NCBI GenBank assembly: GCA_951406725.2
Contig: OX597820.1
Coordinates: forward strand, 6,882,001 to 6,946,000
Reading direction: 5' to 3'
Source of the DNA: Octopus vulgaris
Lineage: Eukaryota
DNA: 64,000 nucleotides
Part shown: piece by piece, positions 41,112 through 54,400 of the stretch
Position numbering within the stretch: position 1 is the stretch's first letter
Layout: every line of letters starts with the position of its first letter
Translations under genes and position numbers: made by a program
Notes under the pieces: model-generated
The model's database searches: none
What the model was told of the DNA's origin: nothing
The model's input: only the letters and a program-made list of their open reading frames with translations

Positions 41112-41468
41112 GCGAATTTTTTTTCCCATGAGAGTTCCAGACCCTAATTATGAACTCATTTACATATAGCCAATCAGAGATCATCAATCAAACTAATTTA
41201 TGAGCGCATAATTGGGCGATAAGATGAGGTCACTTGGGTAAGGAATGACCATGCTTCTTTTCCCTTTTAAGAATGCTTGTTGTTCTTGTTCTTGTTTCAA
41301 CCATGGCTGCCTCTGCTTAGTTATTTGTGTTATTGTTTACTTTGTAAAACTCTAAGGGGAGAGTGTTGCTAGCCCATCACCCTCTACTTGTCAAGGTGAG
41401 CTCTGATCGGCTGTATGCAAATGAGTTCATTACTGGGGTCCGGAACTCTCGTAGGGAAAAAAATTCGC
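41112..41468. mobile_element. MITE-like element with about 72-bp imperfect terminal inverted repeats
   Basis: 41112-41183 is the reverse complement of 41397-41468 (roughly 85% identity); agac on both flanks. Confidence 0.6.
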
Positions 41469-41565
41469 AGACGGGACGGAAGAACTAGACGGAGTTGTTA
41501 CTATGGCACTTGTGATGTGTGAGATTCGATGACCAAAAGAAATGAGGATGTTTTGTATGTGTGAA

Positions 41566-42469
41566 TGGAGTTGCCGTCAGATGAACCAGGTTGGAAAAAT
41601 AGAGATCCATTGCCGTGTAGATGGAATAGCTGAGACAGGAGAAAGAATACCTCAAGCCGAGGTGTTGACCCTTTTTCTTGGGGTGGCACTTCATCAGATT
41701 AAATCAGTTACCGCCCTTTATTTGAGGGGCCTCATTGACAATAAATACCCCGTTCTAACTATGTACCTGTTGTGTTTCTATTATTTAAGCATGTCAAAAC
41801 TACATAATGTATTTTCTCTGATAATTATCCCAGTTTGTTGTAGTGTATAGATAGCAATCAAATTGAGACATGCAGTTCAATAGTCTAATCAATGACACAC
41901 TTCGTTTGATTCATTTCGATCGAATATTCCCTCCATGTGATCAGAGTTAGAGATTTAATTATCATCAGCTTCTCGCCAATCCATAGTAACAACAACGAAA
42001 TCTAGCATCGATTTTAATCTCCATCAGGAAAATCTATCTGATCGAATTTTTTTTTCTATCCAATCAGAATACTTCAATAATTCACAGAGAGACTTGCCTA
42101 TCATTATTATTTCTTTTAGATGGCATATTTTCTTCTCATTTGTTTTTACTAATTCTTTAATTTTCATATCGTTATATTATTATTATTAATATTATCATTT
42201 TTATTATTATCATTTGTGTTACGTTTACTTTATGTTACAATTGCTCACGTCTCTGCTTTTTGCATTCAATCTTTACATAAATGGCCAAATATTCACATTT
42301 AGTTCTACTGGAGTTGCCGTCAGATGAGCCAGGTTGGAAAAATAGAGAGCCATTGCCGTGTAGATGGAATAGCTGAGACAGGAGAAAGAACACCTCAAGG
42401 CGAGATGTTGACCTTTCTTGTGGGGTGTGACTTCATGAGATTAAATCAGTTTCCGCCCTTTATTTAAGG
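41566..42469. repeat. About 160-bp direct repeat pair (41566-41727, 42309-42469) enclosing about 580 bp
   Basis: tggagttgccgtcagatga..ccgccctttattt occurs twice, about 90% identical. Confidence 0.85.
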
Positions 42470-43293
42470 ACACTTATTATGTCTGCGACAGGTCTACCAC
42501 CTGTCTTCGTCTTTTGTTCTTTTTTTTTGTAAACTCCCCCTATATATATATATATAGTAAATAATTTATAGATTAGCTTATCAAATCCCTTTTATATCTA
42601 AGGCTGAGAGAACAGAGGATATTATCTGTTAGGGGTAGGGCTGAGAGAGTAGACAGACATTCTAGTTGGTATAGTCATAAAAAATCAAGATTTATTATAA
42701 GCAATCTCATGAGGTTTAGTAAGGGAAAACTTAAAACATGATGTTAGCTGATAATTAAGGGGGTCGCCCACTAGTAGACCATTGATTATGAAACAGGGGA
42801 AGTCTTATCATGTGGTACTATAGTTAAATATTTTAAACAATGTTGCTATATTGTATACAGTTAAAGTTTAGGGTTATTCAAAGGATTATTAAGAAGAATA
42901 TTATAACAAAAGGATAGAAATTTATGAATACTTTTGAGTATATACCAAACTTTTACCACAATAGATTCATTATGTATTAACTTGCTGTTGTTTCTACTTA
43001 ACTCCAGGTCAGACGGGAACAGTGTAAACTACAACCAAGTTCATTTCAGTCAACACCAACCGTTACACTTCACCATTGCCTCTAGTTTCAAACATTGGAG
43101 GGATATTTAGTTGCTATTTCTAGTATATATATGTATAACAGAGTGAAACCGTTAAAGTAGTGACTCAACAGATCTATAGTTTAATGTTACAGCAGCGACA
43201 CAATTGACCTGGAGTTTAGTGAGAAAACGCTCGTCCAAAAGTTTGACAGTATGTGTGTTACCATTTTCTCTGCTTACAATTTTAGATTATATA

Positions 43294-43524
43294 TATTTCT
43301 TTATTACCCACAAGGGGCTAAACATAGAGGGGACAAACAAGGACAGACAAAGGTATTAAGTCGATTACATCGACCACAGTACGAAACTGGTACTTTATTT
43401 ATCGACCCAGAAAGGATGAAAGGCAAAGTCGACCTCGGCGGAATTTGAACCCAGAACGTAGCGGCAGACGAAATACCGCTAAGCATTTTGCCCCGCGTGC
43501 TAACGTTTCTGCCAGCTCGCCGCC
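43294..43524 (-). mobile_element. SINE S1 with a 15-bp target-site duplication
   Basis: ttttagattatatat at 43280-43294 and 43528-43542. Confidence 0.92.
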
Positions 43525-44289
43525 CTCTTTTAGATTATATATTCTCTTAAATTAATTTTTACTAATATTAGGTCTGTGATCTTTGGTCAAATTCCTCTTC
43601 GCCAAATTTAATAACATGTTTCTAATGGAGAAAGAATAATAAACAAATATGGAATAAAAACTGATGAATACTTGCGACGATGAAGCTAAATTTGCGACGT
43701 ATAAAGAGTTTAGTGTGACACTATTAAATATTTCGAGTCTCTACTTTGATTCTATTAGGAAGCAGATACACAACGATATCAATATAAATATTATATATAT
43801 CCAATTTACTCTAGGATCGAGATGAGAAATATCTTAGAGTGAACTTAATCATCAAGAATCGGATATCGTTCGAAGGTTAAGTAAGAAAACCTTTAAACCG
43901 TAGAGTCTTCAGAAGATTCAGAAATCATGTCTTGTGACTTTACTCTGGTGAGAACGCCATTGTTCACTCCGCCAAAATCTATTTCATAAATATTATAAAT
44001 CGGGGCAGGAAACATTACAAGCTGGAATATTTCAAATGAATTCCTTCTCGTTTGAACCAATGAATAATGGAATGTAGAGAGACGTTAATATTCTTTAAAG
44101 CCATGGATGCCGGGCGGTGATTCTGCGATATAGAAAGAATGGTCTTTGAAGTTTTTCATCGTTTCAGTCAATTGGAGAACAAATGAAGACGTGACAGATA
44201 GTGTTTTATTGTTTTCATTTTGTCTAATGAGGGCACCGCCCATAGCCCTTCAAAACACCCGCCACTCAGATCGATATCATTGATGTCAG

Positions 44290-44800
44290 CTTTACAACTT
44301 CTACAGATCGAAGATGTTCTGTAAAACGGAGAAGAGTGTGTTCCTCGTGTTGTTGTTGTTTTTGTGGTTGCTTAGCACCAAGTCGGTACTGATTTATCAG
44401 GTCAATGCCGTTCTCAGAGCTGACCTTCCTATCACAATGCATCGAGAAATTCACCATATAAAACATACTGTGGCTGTTCCGCCTTTCCATTCCACGCCCA
44501 AATACATGCTGGAGCCTAGCAGCAGGTATTTAAAGGGAAAAAATTTGATAAGTCAGTCCGTCACCAGCTGACACTCGCTGACGCTACATCGAAGAGGCCA
44601 GGGAACAGAAGAAAGAAGATATGCACCCAACACCAGAGCTGAAGACACCTCCGAAAGGGAGGGGGCGCCACGTCAAAATGATAGAGGAGTAGGGGCCGAA
44701 GCCGGACGTGGTTCCTCCTCTTGATGTCTTGAGCTAACTGGATACTATAATGGAGCTGTTGTGGTAGCAGACCACGAAACACGGTTGTAATTCCTTCCTT
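44290..44800 (-). mobile_element. RTE-clade LINE fragment (heavily decayed)
   Basis: QPQYVLYGEF (cf. LPKQLLYGEL) and upstream AQDIKRR (cf. D.EI..R). Confidence 0.45.
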
Positions 44801-46296
44801 ATCTAATGAAACTTTTTATATTTGTAACAGTCAATTGTAGTCGGAAGGCGAACCGGTTGATCCGCGTCCTTGCAGACATTTGAGTTGTACTCGACATGTG
44901 TTGTTCTTATTTTATGTATCTGCGGTTGTTGTTGTCGTCGATGTATTGTACCGAGCCAACTGTTATAGAGAAAGGGATTAGGGTACACGTGATCACGTGG
45001 TTTTTATGAAGTGGTTCTGACGTCTGAATCTAATGCTCATATATTTTTTTTGTCTAGTTTATTTGCAAATCGGAAGTTGTGGTGGAAGAGCATTCCTTTG
45101 AAGCGTGAATAGACTGAAGTTTACTTATAATGACCGTGCCTAATGTCTCTGTCAAAATTGAAAGACTTTTGGAGTTTTACGTTTATAGATATTGTGATTT
45201 ATATGTGTTGTGGTTGCTGTTGTTTGAACCTGAGCGAAATCTGATCAAGTAGACCAATTCCAACAGTCACTCCAGCTGCGACCTTTCCAACTTTTCTTTA
45301 GTCTTTATGAAGTTTAGAGTCACAATATTTGATGGACACTTCTGTTCTTAAAACACGGTAGGTTGTGATTTACGAAATATTTGGTTTGTAAGACCAATCA
45401 TTGGTGTGTCTCTCATGAGAATCTAACCGAATTTGATTACGACAAATAAAAAGAAACAACATTTTGATATGTTGTAGAGAATTGCATGGCAATTTTCTCT
45501 CCAGGAATATATATCTACAAATCAGAAAATCTTGTTAGACCACAATTAAGTATGGTATGTGTGATTATACCTCCATTCTGAAATTCCAAATATTTATAAA
45601 ATTATTGCTCTAATATTTTACAGTTGTCACCGAGATAGATATTTGCTTACTATAAAAAGAATTATCTACCGTAATCGGATAGCATTTCCTGGTAATTATT
45701 TAGAATTCTGGTTAGATTATCATTCAACATAGTTCACCATTTAAAAAGAAAAAAACTCCCGTCAAAATGCTAGTTTTCTTTACAGAACATTTATGGTATA
45801 TATTTTTTTCTTCCTCGCCGTGTAAAACTGTGTTTAATAAGCATGAAATAGTTATTCTATTCTGAGAAGTATTCTGTCTTCATGTGTTTGTCTGCTACCA
45901 GAATCAATTTCTCTCTGCAGAGTTCACAAAAAAAAAAAATTCATTATTTCCGTTTAATATGGCTAACGCTATTCATAAGGAAAAGAAGTCATTTAAATCC
46001 AATTTGAGCAATATTCAAAAACAAACTCTATCTATCATTACAACTACATGTATATTATATAGGTATGTCTATATACATTCCTACATACATTTATAAACGT
46101 GTATATATATATATATACACTCACGTATATGTTTATATTAATATGTATGTGCATATATGTATATACATATACAAATATAATATATATATATATATATGTG
46201 CATACATATGTATATACATGAGTGCGTGTCTGTGTAGATTTTATAAGTGCCAACGCATGAAACTCTTGGACCTTGAGTCACTGTTACTTCTGCTAT

Positions 46297-46351
<55 letters not shown>

Positions 46352-46439
46352 TGTGTGTATCTATGTATGCATATGTATGTCTCTTCTATCTTTTAACTAT
46401 TATAAATCTTCCAGTGAGGAAGGAGCCGATTTCCAACAA

Positions 46440-47280
46440 AGATACATATCTCCATCTTTGGGATGAAGTTAAAATAGACAAATTCACATTTGGAACTTGA
46501 GAGAAGTCTTCCATATTTTTACCGTTCCACTCGGAGTTATATACGGATCAACCGGTCGATTTCTCTTTCTGAAAATCCACGTTTATTCAGATTCTCTTTT
46601 AAGCATTTACTAACAAAACCTATTACTCCAATTATTATTGGTATGAATATGTTGTCCCAAATAACAATATCCGGCCTGTTATGCTTACATTTGACGGATG
46701 TTTTGATGGGAATTTTCCACCAGTATTCCTTGAGTTGGTATTTATGAATGTATTCAGGAACAGAGGGATTTTCTAAGTTTATTTCAGCTCAATCTTTTTT
46801 GCGGAAGGCATTGCCAATTGTTTTAGCAACAACATTGTGCCGCATATGGAGGTAGTGCTGTGATGACATTTTATGACAGTTGCTAATCCCATGCGTAATG
46901 TCTTCCACAGAAACATGACATAGCCTACACATGCGGTTGCACCTTGGCATCACAAGAGCGTCACTGTCTCTCTTGTTCACCAGGTCCTTTGTGGCAATCT
47001 CCAGTTCCTGGATTGCAAACGCATAGCCTTGAAACTGTGATGTAGTACTCCTGTGTCCAAGAACAGCTGAGCTTCGTGTCAGTTCTATCTTCTTCAAGCT
47101 TCCGGGAAACATACCCAAGCATGGTCTGTTTTTGTTTTTGTATGCCGAGTGCTTTCTATTCAGGTATTCTCTGGATTAAGAGAGCCCAGCTGTTTTGGAC
47201 CTGTACAGGAGATCATCAGGAAGAGAGTGTTTCTTGAGGAGTTCACTGCCAACTCATACAATGTTGCTCACTTCACTTTT
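46440..47280 (-). mobile_element. R4/Dong-clade C-terminal fragment (CCHC knuckle plus partial RLE)
   Basis: AIQE..IATK...CRLCHVSVEDITHGISNC...RHNVVAK, then YWW.IPIKT..KCKHNRPDIVIWD joined directly to IPIIIG (internal deletion). Confidence 0.85.
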
Positions 47281-47727
47281 CAGCACTGTATGTATGTGTC
47301 TGTGTGTGTTTAAGTGATGATGGATTCTCCTGTCGAAGACGAGGTATGGATGACTATCTTTCAACGAGCAACCTGCACAAACGATTTCTTTCTACTGATT
47401 GAATGTTCTGGCGGCACATTACCTAAATCTCTCCATGAAATCGACGTTGTCTGTACAGGTGCACGGTGTGCCGCACGTCAGGCGTCGAAATGATCGTAGA
47501 GCAACGCGAGATAAAGAATTTTGTTCTAGAACACAACGACCCTCCCGGTACAGGAATTGAAATCACGATCTTGCAACCGTGGAGTGGGAAGTTAAAGAAT
47601 TATTTAATACTGGACACTCAAAATGCTGGATAAAACCCGATAATTATGCTGAAGCAGTTATACTGTTGATTTATTGAGGGATAAAATTTCATTATTATTA
47701 TTATAATTATTATTATTATTATTGGTG

Positions 47728-47759
<32 letters not shown>

Positions 47760-47772
47760 GGTGGTGGTGATA

Positions 47773-47990
47773 AGGTGGTGAGCTGGCGGAATCGTTTGCA
47801 CGTCGGGCAAAATGCTTAGCGGCATTTCGTCCTTCTTTACGTTCTGAGTTCAAATGTAATCGAAGTCGACTTTGTTTTTCACCTTTGCAGGGTTGATAAA
47901 AGTACCAGTTACGCATCGGGGTCGATGTAATCGACTAACATCCTCATCCCCACCCACCAAAATGATTTAAGGTTTTGTGATCATAGTAGA
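47773..47990 (+). mobile_element. SINE S1
   Basis: Matches the S1 consensus; flanked by (AAT)/(TAG) repeats. Confidence 0.85.
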
Positions 47991-47993
47991 AAA

Positions 47994-48067
<74 letters not shown>

Positions 48068-48399
48068 TACTAGTATGTAGGCGATGATGATGGCATGTCT
48101 CTCTGTCTCCAGTAAAGAGGAGGCGAATGAGCTTGAAATAGCAACCAAATATCACAACACACTCTGCTGCGATAGCAACATATTAGAAATTATATACAGG
48201 ATGGCCGTGGCTGAAATGTCTTTGACCAAAATATTTTTTGTGAAGTGTTGACTTTGATATTGACTAAGAAACTCAAAAAGCAGCACCGCCCTGGCAGGAG
48301 CAACAACAACAGGCCGTACGGAGCCGATGTGATAACATCTTTGGTTATTTAGTAAATAAATATTTCAGTTCAACTTTTGAACATAAACAGTTTCACAGC

Positions 48400-48900
48400 T
48401 GAAAGGATTTTAACATATTTTGATCATCTTCACTTGAATTTATTATGAGAATGGCTTGTGAAGAACATAATCTACAAGAAGCTTAACTGAGCTAATATTT
48501 GACTTCATTTCTGTGCCACGTGGTATTAAGGTGAACGTGACCTCGAAGAAAAACAACAGTTTTCGCTGTTGAAACAGAACTTGAAAGTATGAGTATTGAC
48601 CTTAATGTTTTTATTATTAGGAGGATCTTTGTTGGAATTTCACAGATATGGTCTTTGTTTTTTTCAACCTCACGTATGCACTGCTTGAAAATAAGTACGG
48701 TTAGAGGCACTCCAGGCGTGACCTTGTCTTCTTGCTTAAATATTCTTTAGCTTCGACTGAATTATAATAGTTACAAAGAACGGCATCTTGAATGATGTAC
48801 AAACATTTAATATGATATAAGGAAGGGGATTTGAATTTAAAGCTATTTTAATAGTATATCGCGAGTTTTCTGGAGCCTTGCAAGCTTTCCACAAAATCAG
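48400..48900 (-). mobile_element. Possible decayed hAT transposase C-terminal (dimerisation) fragment
   Basis: ILILSSSVSTAK..F...LNTTWHRN weakly resembles L.LP.STA..ERSFS...KT.LR..M. Confidence 0.35.
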
Positions 48901-49101
48901 TGAACGTATTATTTGATATCTTTTGTATAACACAGTACGAAGTTCGTCTTAGCAAATGACAAACATGTACACGGCATCGACAATTCTCATGTGTGCCAGG
49001 ACAGGACATATGGGTCACTCCAGAACGATTTCACCTCGCCCTCTGTATATAAAACGATTCCGCCAGCTCACCACTTTATCACCACTACCACTACTAATAC
49101 C

Positions 49102-49132
<31 letters not shown>

Positions 49133-49932
49133 GGTCTATGAAAAGATTTTCTCTCAGACGAAATAAAAGAACAGTAAGAAAATATCATCATGCCTTTTAA
49201 CGGTGTATATAAATGTGTGTGAGTGTTTATGTGTTTGTATGTGTGAATATTCAGTATGAATCACAGTTGGTGGTTTTAATCTTGTCATTTCCTTTTTTAT
49301 AAACGTAGAATTTAAATTTTGAATGATGCGTGTATGCAATATTTTTACATCCAGCATTAACCTCACACTGAAATATGCAGAGAAGAATCAATAAATCATA
49401 CTCTTCGTATATCGATTACCACCCACCATCGTCAGCCTTGTCTCGGTTTAATTAATATTTTTAATGAATTCCCTATATTTTAGATGAGTTGCTTTCAAAA
49501 TAAGCTGGCAAACTTCTTTTAGTCTGCAAATGTTGAGTCACTCGAAATTGTTAAATCTGACTCACCCAGAGGATTCTTTCCAAACACAAAATATAAACAA
49601 ATTGCTTCTAGATTTTACTCGTCTTTTCTCTTTTTTCTCTCTCAGAAAAAAGTTGTTTTATTTTTAATAACGTCCTAATTTATGTAATTAATCTAAATGA
49701 AATATTTTTCTAATCAATATCTTCTTCAAATGTTTATTACAGAAGCTGTAGCTAAACAAGAATCCGGGGTTTTCAGGGATGGTTAAAGATGCGTCACATG
49801 ATACACAGGGAAACTTTCCTTCAGACGAAGTAACTCTTAGAAAACTTTCTCCCAAATATAAAACTAAACTTGTATCGAACTTTATGTATTAAGATTTAGT
49901 TGGCATACTCTAGGACAACATGAACAACGAGA

Positions 49933-49975
<43 letters not shown>

Positions 49976-49976
<1 letters not shown>

Positions 49977-50470
49977 TTTGCTCTGTCAAGTCCATACTTA
50001 CAACAAGTATGGACTTAACAAAGCAAAAAGTGGTACGAACAAAAACCTGAAGGCCTTATCGTAAATGATAAAGCAAAGATCCTGTGGGATTTTATGATTC
50101 AGTGCGGCCATGAGATAGAGAATAGGAAGCCGGACATAGTCTTAATTGAGAAAGAAAGCAAACGATGCTGGATCATAAATATAGCATGTCCAGCTGACAA
50201 GCTATGCGATAAAGAGAAGTTGATAGATATAACAGGTTAGCTTGGGACATTAAGCAGTTGTAGTCGCTGAAAAAGATGGTTGTAATACCAATAATTGTCG
50301 GAGCCCTAGGAACAGTGAGTAAAATTCTTGAGAAGTACATGGAACAAATAGGGGCTGCAATAACGGTGGCTAGTGATCGAAGAATAAGAGGTTTTACTTT
50401 AGTTCACTGGTAGTGAACAGCTGATATCGTAGTACATCTCCAGCTTTTGAAGCTGTGCAAAGACAATAAA
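49976..50470 (+). mobile_element. R4/Dong-clade 3' fragment inserted in (AAT)n
   Basis: KWYEQKPEGLIVNDKAKILWDFMIQCGHEIENRKPDIVLIEKESKRCWIINIACPAD...IPIIVGALG. Confidence 0.85.
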
Positions 50471-50789
50471 TAACAACAATTGTTCCGACTATAAGCAGAT
50501 AACATTTAATTTTGCAGCAAGTGGTAAATCGACATTATCGACTGCAGTGCTCTACTTGTCCTTATTTTATGCACTCCGAAATGATAAAAAGCGAAGTAGA
50601 CCACTAATAATCAGAATAATAATGAATGCTGAGGAGCGATCAATGCGGACGATAGTAAAGGAGTCAAAGTTAGAGAAAGGAAACGAAAGTATTAACCGTC
50701 TATTTAAATGAATGCAGTAAGCAAGCACGAAACGAGTGTAAGTGCAAGAATGACGTCGTAGATGAATGCGCTCAATGTTAGGCGAATGT

Positions 50790-51200
50790 ATGACTTCGAA
50801 ATAACGACAAAGTGGAATGAGAAGGAAAGAGAGAATGTGATAAAGAATAGGAATTACAGGATTTTATGGGGTATCTTTATAAAGGCTGACGATTCTCTTG
50901 AAGCAAAGCGACCACATCTAATAATACAGGTCAAAATAAAAATTTTATCTAACAGATTTGATATCAAAAGATTAAAAAAATGAGAAATATGAGGACTTAG
51001 CCAGAGATTAGAAGAGAATGTGGGACATAGATAATTGTATGGTAGTTGAGCACTTGGGAAAAACATTTAAACTGCTACCAATGTCACTGAAAGACATTGG
51101 TATTGGGACTCGCAGGGTTGACCTGCAAATAATAGGACGATTCTCGAGATTTGAGATGGCCTGTTGTCATCAAACCTCAAGACAACATTCCTGATAAGTG
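50790..51200 (+). mobile_element. R4/Dong-clade 3' fragment (older)
   Basis: KWNEKERENVIKNRNYRILWGIFIKADDSLEAKRPHLII...KYEDLA. Confidence 0.6.
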
Positions 51201-51257
51201 AAGTAACATGTAATAGCCATGATGATGATGATGATAATGATAAAAGTAATACAAACC

Positions 51258-51652
51258 CTTTCTACTATAGGCACGAGGCCTGAAATTTTGGAGGAGGGGA
51301 CGAGTCGATTATATTGAACCCATTACGTAACTGGTATTTGATTTATCTACTCCGAAATATTGGAAGGCAAAGTCGACCTCGGCGGAATTTGAACTAACAA
51401 CATAGTGGCAGACGAAATACCTATTTCTTTACTACCCACAAGGGGCTAAACGCAGAGAGGACAAACAAGGACAGACAAACGGATTAAGTCGATTATATCG
51501 ACCCCAGTGCGTAACTGGTACTTAATTTATCGATGCCGAAAGGACGAAAGGCAAAGTCGAACTCGGCGGAATTTGAACTCAGAACGTAGCGGCAGACGAA
51601 ATACTGCAAAGCATTTCGCCCGGAATGCTAACGCTTCTGCTAGCTCGCCGCC
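51258..51652 (-). mobile_element. SINE S1, composite/dimeric copy
   Basis: Same two-part structure and junction as 20910-21290. Confidence 0.88.
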
Positions 51653-51997
51653 TTCAAAACAACACCAATAATAATAATAATAATAAAAACAAAGAAGCTT
51701 TAGATACTTTTACAACATATTTGTGAATACATTTCAATACTAAAAGCTCAAGATATTGTATGATAATGCCATTCTATGTTTTATACGAGGTAATAATTTA
51801 TTTATAAATTGTTCTCTAGAAGTATCTTCATATAAAACATTGGCTGTGCTTTACGTAATCATTGAAATAACGGGGAAGAGATGTGTAAATTTTACCTCAT
51901 AAGTTAACATTGTTTTTATTGTACACAAAAATTCTGTTCACAAAAATGCCAGATATAATGACACTAGTTCACAAGAAAAAGTTTACATAAGGTTTTT

Positions 51998-52029
<32 letters not shown>

Positions 52030-52277
52030 CATCACAATCAAGGAACGGCCATAATAGGCCATTCACCCACTAGAAATAACAGCCAAAAGCTTCAACCGCA
52101 AAATAACATCTATTCTGTAAACCAGGAGAAAATTAAAAAAAACATTTACCCTGTAATTTTTTAAATTTTTTAAATTTTCTCCTGGTTTACGGAATTGATG
52201 TTATTTTGCGGTTGAAGCTTTTGGCTGTTATTTCTAGTGGGTGAATGGCCTATTATGGCCGTTCCTTGATTGTGATG
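52030..52277. repeat. Fold-back (about 110-bp arms) with a one-sided 100-bp tail, in (TA)n
   Basis: 52030-52139 is the reverse complement of 52166-52277 with few mismatches. Confidence 0.9.
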
Positions 52278-52373
52278 TTGAACTTAAAAATGGTTTATGA
52301 CTATTTAATTTTTTCCCACTAGGCCGCTGGTGGCAATAAGATTCTACAAAATTTTTTTGCCACCCTATATTGA

Positions 52374-52406
<33 letters not shown>

Positions 52407-52409
<3 letters not shown>

Positions 52410-52597
52410 AGAGTTTACGAAAAAAACAAAAGACGAAGGCAGGTGGTGTACAAAACGAGCAGATGTATTAGTATAACGCTCAGGAATAGAAAAAGTCTTT
52501 TACGTTTCGAACCTACGCTCTTCTACAGAAAGGGACACAGAAAAAAACAAGGAGAGAATAAATGTATGTAGTGGCTAACGATCTAACATGGCGACTG
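52407..52597 (-). mobile_element. Family A element, copy 3
   Basis: Near-identical to 3455-3650. Confidence 0.75.
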
Positions 52598-52944
52598 ATA
52601 TATGTATATGTATGTGTGTGTGTGTGTTTAAAAGTAAGTAAAGAGAAAACTTCCTCAAGTTATACACACACACATATAGATAGATAGATAAATATATATA
52701 TAGAGAGAGAGATGTGTGGATATGACACAGGTCGATCGTTGAACGTACATTAGAATAATACTAGTGTTGGTGACTGATGTGTTTGTTTTGGATATAATCA
52801 AATATACCAGGGATTTCCAACACAAAAGATGCTATTGATCTGCACACTTCCCCTACTACCAATCAGCGAACAATTCCTGGACATTTTCCTGGCAAATTCG
52901 CCATTCTGACCAATTCTGTGTGTGTGGGTACCCTTATATACATA

Positions 52945-53010
<66 letters not shown>

Positions 53011-53023
53011 ATGTGTATGTATA

Positions 53024-53054
<31 letters not shown>

Positions 53055-53389
53055 GTATATATATGCGTATGTATATGTGTGTATATATATTTATATGTGT
53101 ATGTATATATATGTATATATATGTATATGTGTGTGTATATGTATATATATATATGTGTATGTATATATATGTATATGTGTGTGTATATGTATATATATAT
53201 GTGTGTATGTATATATATGTGTGTGTGTACGTATATGTGTGTGTATATATATATTTATATATATTTGCGTATATACATATACATAACTCCTTTCGGAAGT
53301 GTTACTTTTTTCCTTTATCTACTTCGTCAGTCAACTCACGTGTATACAAACATTTACACACACAATTTTTAATGAATGTTTGACTCGGT

Positions 53390-54400
53390 TCCATGCAACT
53401 TAATGTTTCGTAGTCTCCTAGAACGAATCTAAATTGACACGCATTTGGAGACGAAGTAGTAAGAAATGCGACAAATTGAGGATGGCCTTTCAGATGTTAG
53501 GCCTCTATTGGTGAACTGATATGACGTAGTGTTACTGGTTTGGAAGCGGCATGAGATCTTATCTCTTATCAGGTCCTCGTGTTTGGATGTGTGGAGGACG
53601 CGGTATTTTTTATTTAGCGAAATCATTTCATTGCTTTTCGCAACTACACATGGACGTGCGAGGTGTTATCACAGTTAGTAGTGCTGGATTAAAATCTGAT
53701 GGTGTCAGGTTGAACTGTCTGCCTGGATTGGGATGTAGTCTGTACGGATAGTATGGATTAGGTACCGTGCTCTTGAGTAAGGTACAAGTAATTCTAACGT
53801 AGTATATCTCGTTTATAGAGGGCTAGTGGACTGAACTTAGCAGGGGTGACAAAAGGACAGTTCCTTCTATCCGTTGGTGGATGTTGCAAATTGGTGGATT
53901 ATGTGTAATCTCTCGGGGAGGCAGTATTGACAATTGTGATCTTCAGGTAATATGGAAGAACTCTGTCAATAATAATCCATTTCGTGTTGAGGAAGTATTT
54001 CCAGTGGTCACAGAGTTTTCCGTATAAAACGGGTCAGGGAGATGGAATTTTGCCTCTGTCTGCATCTGAAAGCGTGCATATGCTGTGTATAATTTCTTTT
54101 GAAACCATTAGCTATCATCCTGGAATAGAGTATTGGAATTTCGTCAGATGATGGGCAGATGTCTATAGACCAGAGTCAGTGAGTTGCAGGACCCTTCCGG
54201 TGATCGGGGGGGAAGGGGTTTAGATTTTCTTAAGTTGCAAATTGGAATGTGTGTTGGAGCTGTGGAGGTGTTGTGTGTTTGCATCTACTGCAGTATGCGA
54301 TGTCTGATACAACGTTGTCAAAGCAGGAATAACTGGCCTTGGTGTTGTTGGGGTTGAAAAACTGATCAAATAATAAAAATAATTCCTACCAAATGTGTTG
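53390..54400 (-). mobile_element. Decayed Penelope-like element 3' part (GIY-YIG domain plus 3' region)
   Basis: LVYR...YSRMIANGFKRNYTQHMHAF, TKWIIIDR, NCQYCLPERLHII (cf. C.LCL.EK..I); degenerate CTGAAAG...GAAAC motif at about 53393-53497. Confidence 0.65.

Noticed and set aside
42745-42810. CTGATAA...GAAAC...GTC as a hammerhead
   Set aside because: G8 is lost without compensation and helices I/III pair poorly
43560-44260. LTR-retrotransposon RNase H-like remnant
   Set aside because: Only a vague GGALIRQ resemblance; could not be supported by eye
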